Shown piece by piece: positions 8,930 through 11,794 of a stretch of DNA of 11,794 nucleotides. The stretch lies in assembly GCF_006345805.1 (NCBI RefSeq), contig NW_021826924.1:1-11794 (forward strand). Reading direction: 5' to 3'. A model generated the notes under the pieces. It was not told the origin of the DNA, searched no databases, and was given only the letters and a program-made list of their open reading frames with translations. The number at the start of each line of letters is the position of its first letter. Positions within the stretch are counted from its first letter, which is position 1. Source of the stretch: Octopus sinensis (Eukaryota). A program made the translations under genes and the position numbers.

Positions 8930-9068
8930 ATATATGCATACACAGGCACTCACACACATACATACGTATATGTATGAATATATGTGTGTGTGCGTGTGTC
9001 TGTGTTTGAGCGTCTGTGTGTGTTTATACATGTGTGTGTCTGCGTGTGTATATGCGTATATTCATACA
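8889..9068. repeat. Compound (TA)n/(CA)n/(TG)n microsatellite
   Basis: Directly visible. Confidence 0.92.
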
Positions 9069-9071
9069 TTA

Positions 9072-9127
9072 AATCCAAAATCGTTAATTCGTTCAAATAT
9101 AGTCTGGCGAACTAACGATTTTGGATT
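9072..9127. repeat. Inverted repeat with 20-bp arms (one mismatch) and 16-nt loop
   Basis: AATCCAAAATCGTTA (9072-9086) pairs with 9113-9127, then TTCG (9088-9091) pairs with CGAA (9108-9111). Confidence 0.85.
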
Positions 9128-9248
9128 AAACGATTATCCATTTCTCAGACTCTATTTTTGAGATTTTTTTTTATCTCAAGTGGCTAGACATAACTTCTTG
9201 TAACTTGCTGCCCTCTAGAATATTCGTGTTTGTGTGTGAATGTATGCA

Positions 9249-9290
9249 CATACATACATACATACATACATACATACATACATACATGCA
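9249..9290. repeat. (CATA)n microsatellite, left flank of the Nin-type SINE
   Basis: Directly visible. Confidence 0.93.
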
Positions 9291-9296
9291 TATATA

Positions 9297-9525
9297 TTTT
9301 TTTACTGTCCACAAGGGGCTACATAGAGAGGGGACAAACAAGGACAGACAAACGGATTAAGTCGATTATAACGACCCCAGTGCGTAACTGGTACTTAATT
9401 TATCGACCCCGAAAGGATGAAAGGCAAAGTCGACCTCGGCGGAATTTGAACTCTGAACGTAACAGCAGACGAAATACGGCTACGCATTTCGCCCGGCGTG
9501 CTAACGTTTCTGCCAGCTCGCCGCC
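9297..9525 (-). mobile_element. tRNA-derived SINE with Nin/Deu-type central domain
   Basis: Minus strand reads GGCGGCGAGC-TGGCAGAAACG (A-box-like)...GAGTTCAAATTCC (B-box), then GTCGACTTTGCCTTTCATCCTTTCGGGGTCGATAAATTAAGTACCAG, which resembles the Nin/Deu domain as recalled; A-rich 3' end. Confidence 0.82.
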
Positions 9526-9527
<2 letters not shown>

Positions 9528-9556
<29 letters not shown>

Positions 9557-9602
9557 CATACATACATACATACATACATACATACATACATACATACATA
9601 CA
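9528..9602. repeat. (CATA)n microsatellite, right flank of the Nin-type SINE
   Basis: Directly visible. Confidence 0.95.
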
Positions 9603-9626
9603 TTGACACGCACACACACAAACGCA

Positions 9627-9957
9627 TATGTATGTCTATTATATTGTTTAATTATTATAAATCTTCCATTGAGGCGGGAGCCGTTTTTCCAACAAAGATA
9701 CAAGGCTCCATCTTTGGGATGTAGTTAACTTAGACAAATTCACATTCTTGCATATTTTTACTGTTCCACTTACAGATTGGACTCGTAATGTACGAATTAA
9801 CCGGTCAATTTCTCTTTCTGAAAATCCCAGTTTATTCATTTTCTCCTTTAAGCATTTACTAACAAAACCTAGCGCTCCAATTTTTATTGGTATGAATATG
9901 AATTCATATAGTCTGGATATAGAAGCTGGAGGTTTTGATGCAGTTGTCCGTAGATAT
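9627..9957 (-). mobile_element. 3' fragment of an RLE-type (R4/Dong/NeSL-like) non-LTR retrotransposon, copy 1
   Basis: Minus strand encodes YGQLHQNLQLLYPDY-(2-nt insertion)-EFIFIPIKIGALGFVSKCLKEKMNKLGFSEREIDRLIRTLRVQSVSGTVKICK; Y..L and PIxIGALG resemble the C-terminus of the restriction-like endonuclease. Followed by a 3' region with a GGAGCC/GGCTCC stem (9677-9709) and a CATACATA end. Confidence 0.72.
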
Positions 9958-10174
9958 GTATTTATGTATGTATGTATACGTACAGATTTGTACGTTTTGC
10001 TTTATGTATGTATTTTGGTGCATATAGTTTCATACCTAGATATATTCATATATATTTAAAGGATAAACTTCTACGAAGTTTTACAGATTTTTACAGTTCC
10101 ACTGATAGCTTGAATTTGTAGTCTCCGAATCAGCTTTCTCCTTTCTGGTTTCGAGAAACCTAATTTCTCGAAAC
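9958..10174 (-). mobile_element. 3' fragment of a related RLE-type non-LTR retrotransposon, copy 2
   Basis: Minus strand 10169-10056 encodes EKLGFSKPERRKLIRRLQIQAISGTVKICKTS*KFIL*, homologous to the copy 1 C-terminus; followed by a TACA-rich 3' UTR. Confidence 0.72.
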
Positions 10175-10268
10175 TAAATCATGTAATTTCTGTTTCAGTT
10201 AAGTGCTGTATCACATAAGAGAGAGAGTATGGAGTAGTTTTTACTTGTATATATATATATATATATAT

Positions 10269-10471
10269 GGTGACCTCGTGTGTACCGTTGGCGATTTTTT
10301 TCCTCTGTCTTCCCTTCTTCAGATCTTTCCTTCCCTATGTTTCCGACGAAGAGCTCCGCTCGAAACGTTAAACCCTCCTTCGTCCCTTCTTTCCTGAGCG
10401 TCCAATAATACTATATTGTTCCACTCCTCGCGTTTTTGTGTTTTTTTTTGTGTTTTCTTGTTTGGATTAAC
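10269..10471 (+). mobile_element. Short hammerhead-containing repeat, family B, flanked by (TA)n on both sides
   Basis: Same architecture as 8354-8524; shares TTCCYGAGCGT...TAATA downstream of the motif. Confidence 0.6.
10339..10373 (+). ncRNA. Minimal type I hammerhead-like motif (family B, U4C variant core)
   Basis: gttt-CCGACGAA-gagc tcc gctc-GAAAC-GTT-aaac. Confidence 0.65.
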
Positions 10472-11094
10472 TATATATATATATATTAATATATATATAT
10501 AATATATATATATATAATGCACCAACGAGTATCAAACCTCCCAATACACACAATCGCACACATATGTGCTTCTATATGAATGTATATAAGTATATACTTA
10601 CATAAATATATGTGTGTGAATGTGTGCCTGATGTGTGTATTTGTTTATGAAGATAAAACTGAACATGTTTCGCTCTTTCTCTAACCTCTTCATCAACATA
10701 TAACTCCTACCATACTTCACGATATTTGCCGAAGCATTGATAATTGAATCACCAAGGAATTATACAACATTATACATTTATTACCATAAAAAAAATTAGA
10801 ATTGTTTAATGAATAAATAATTCAGAGGCGCCATCTGCATGAAAAACTATTAGTTAAATTAGTAGTAACATATGTTTAGCAGATTTATTATGGACAATAC
10901 GTGTTTTTCTTTTGTCTGCGCCATGTTTATTTCTAGTTAGCTTTTTTAACGGTTCATGCATTAAATATGTAAAAGTTAACTTACATGTTATTTTTCATGC
11001 GGATGATGTATTTTAAATATTTACTCTTGCTCTTTCACCACACTCTCTCTTATTTCTCTCTCTTTCTCCCTCCCACCCTCTCTCCCTCTCGCTC

Positions 11095-11362
11095 ATTTAC
11101 TATATATGTACATATACACACAGATATATGTGTGTGTAAGTGTAAGAGTGTAAGTATATGTGTTTGTGTATGTGATTGTGCACGTGTATGCATGTGTGCA
11201 TATATGCAGATACATAGATAATACACATACACCCACTTACATACTACTTATGCATATAAGTGCATAAGTGCATATTTTTGTATGTGTATATATGTATGAA
11301 TGTATGTATGTATGTATGTATGTATGTATACACACGCGCGCACACACATACACACGCACGCA
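11095..11362. repeat. Compound (TA)/(TG)/(TATG)/(CA) microsatellite region
   Basis: Directly visible. Confidence 0.9.
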
Positions 11363-11554
11363 CACACATAACTAAATAGAATGTTAATGTTTGTTTTTGC
11401 GTTGGTTGTATGTAAAAACAGCCGAACGCTAACTGAAGGTTCGAACAACGCATTGAAGTGGTGTATCACATTCATGTTATTCTTCGGAAGGAAAAGCCTG
11501 TCAGTGACTTCGAAATGTTGGAAATCACGTGTGCTCGTGTGTGTACATGTGTGT

Positions 11555-11614
<60 letters not shown>
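11555..11614. repeat. (GT)n microsatellite
   Basis: Directly visible. Confidence 0.96.
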
Positions 11615-11616
<2 letters not shown>

Positions 11617-11644
11617 AACTATTGCTTAACCACCTTCTCATACC

Positions 11645-11692
11645 GTCTCCGATGAAGGGATATAAAAAATTTCCCGGAAACAGCTGTAAGAC
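11645..11692 (+). ncRNA. Type I hammerhead ribozyme-like motif (family A, U4C variant core)
   Basis: gtct-CCGATGA-A-ggga tataaaaaatt tccc-G-GAAAC-agct-GTA-agac; the upstream TTCTCATACCGTCT matches TTCTCACACCCTCT at the 3142-3189 copy. Confidence 0.72.
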
Positions 11693-11794
11693 CTTCTATT
11701 TATAAATGTTCTAAATTCTTCACAGCCTTAGTTTTTTATCTCATTCTGAACAAAAACCTTATATATACATATATATATATATATTCAAAATGTG

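Noticed and set aside
7387-11655. Many ORFs with YIYI, CVCV or HTYIHT runs
   Set aside because: Microsatellite translations. The exceptions with real homology are called as LINE fragments.
1-11794. CRISPR array, prokaryotic operon, rRNA
   Set aside because: No regularly spaced repeat-spacer units, gene-dense organisation or rRNA motifs; the DNA is eukaryotic and repeat-rich.

Overview
AT-rich, microsatellite-dense eukaryotic (metazoan) DNA, most likely from an octopod cephalopod, judging by the tRNA-derived SINEs and the repeat landscape. No intact host gene is supported, and most listed ORFs are artefacts of simple repeats. The window holds: (1) a full-length but dead Hsmar1/cecropia-like mariner (4971-6224, TIRs plus TA TSD); (2) three copies of one tRNA-derived SINE family and one Nin/Deu-domain SINE; (3) a 3' fragment of an RTE-type LINE whose tail matches the SINE tails, including a covarying stem-loop; (4) two head-to-tail 3' fragments of an RLE-type (R4/Dong-like) LINE. 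Four type I hammerhead-ribozyme-like motifs of two families (3142-3189, 8445-8480, 10339-10373, 11645-11692) sit in short microsatellite-flanked repeats and show compensatory stem changes. There is also a series of near-perfect local palindromes (862-977, 7380-7409, 8711-8816, 9072-9127, 10148-10174). All family names come from motif recognition, not from database searches.
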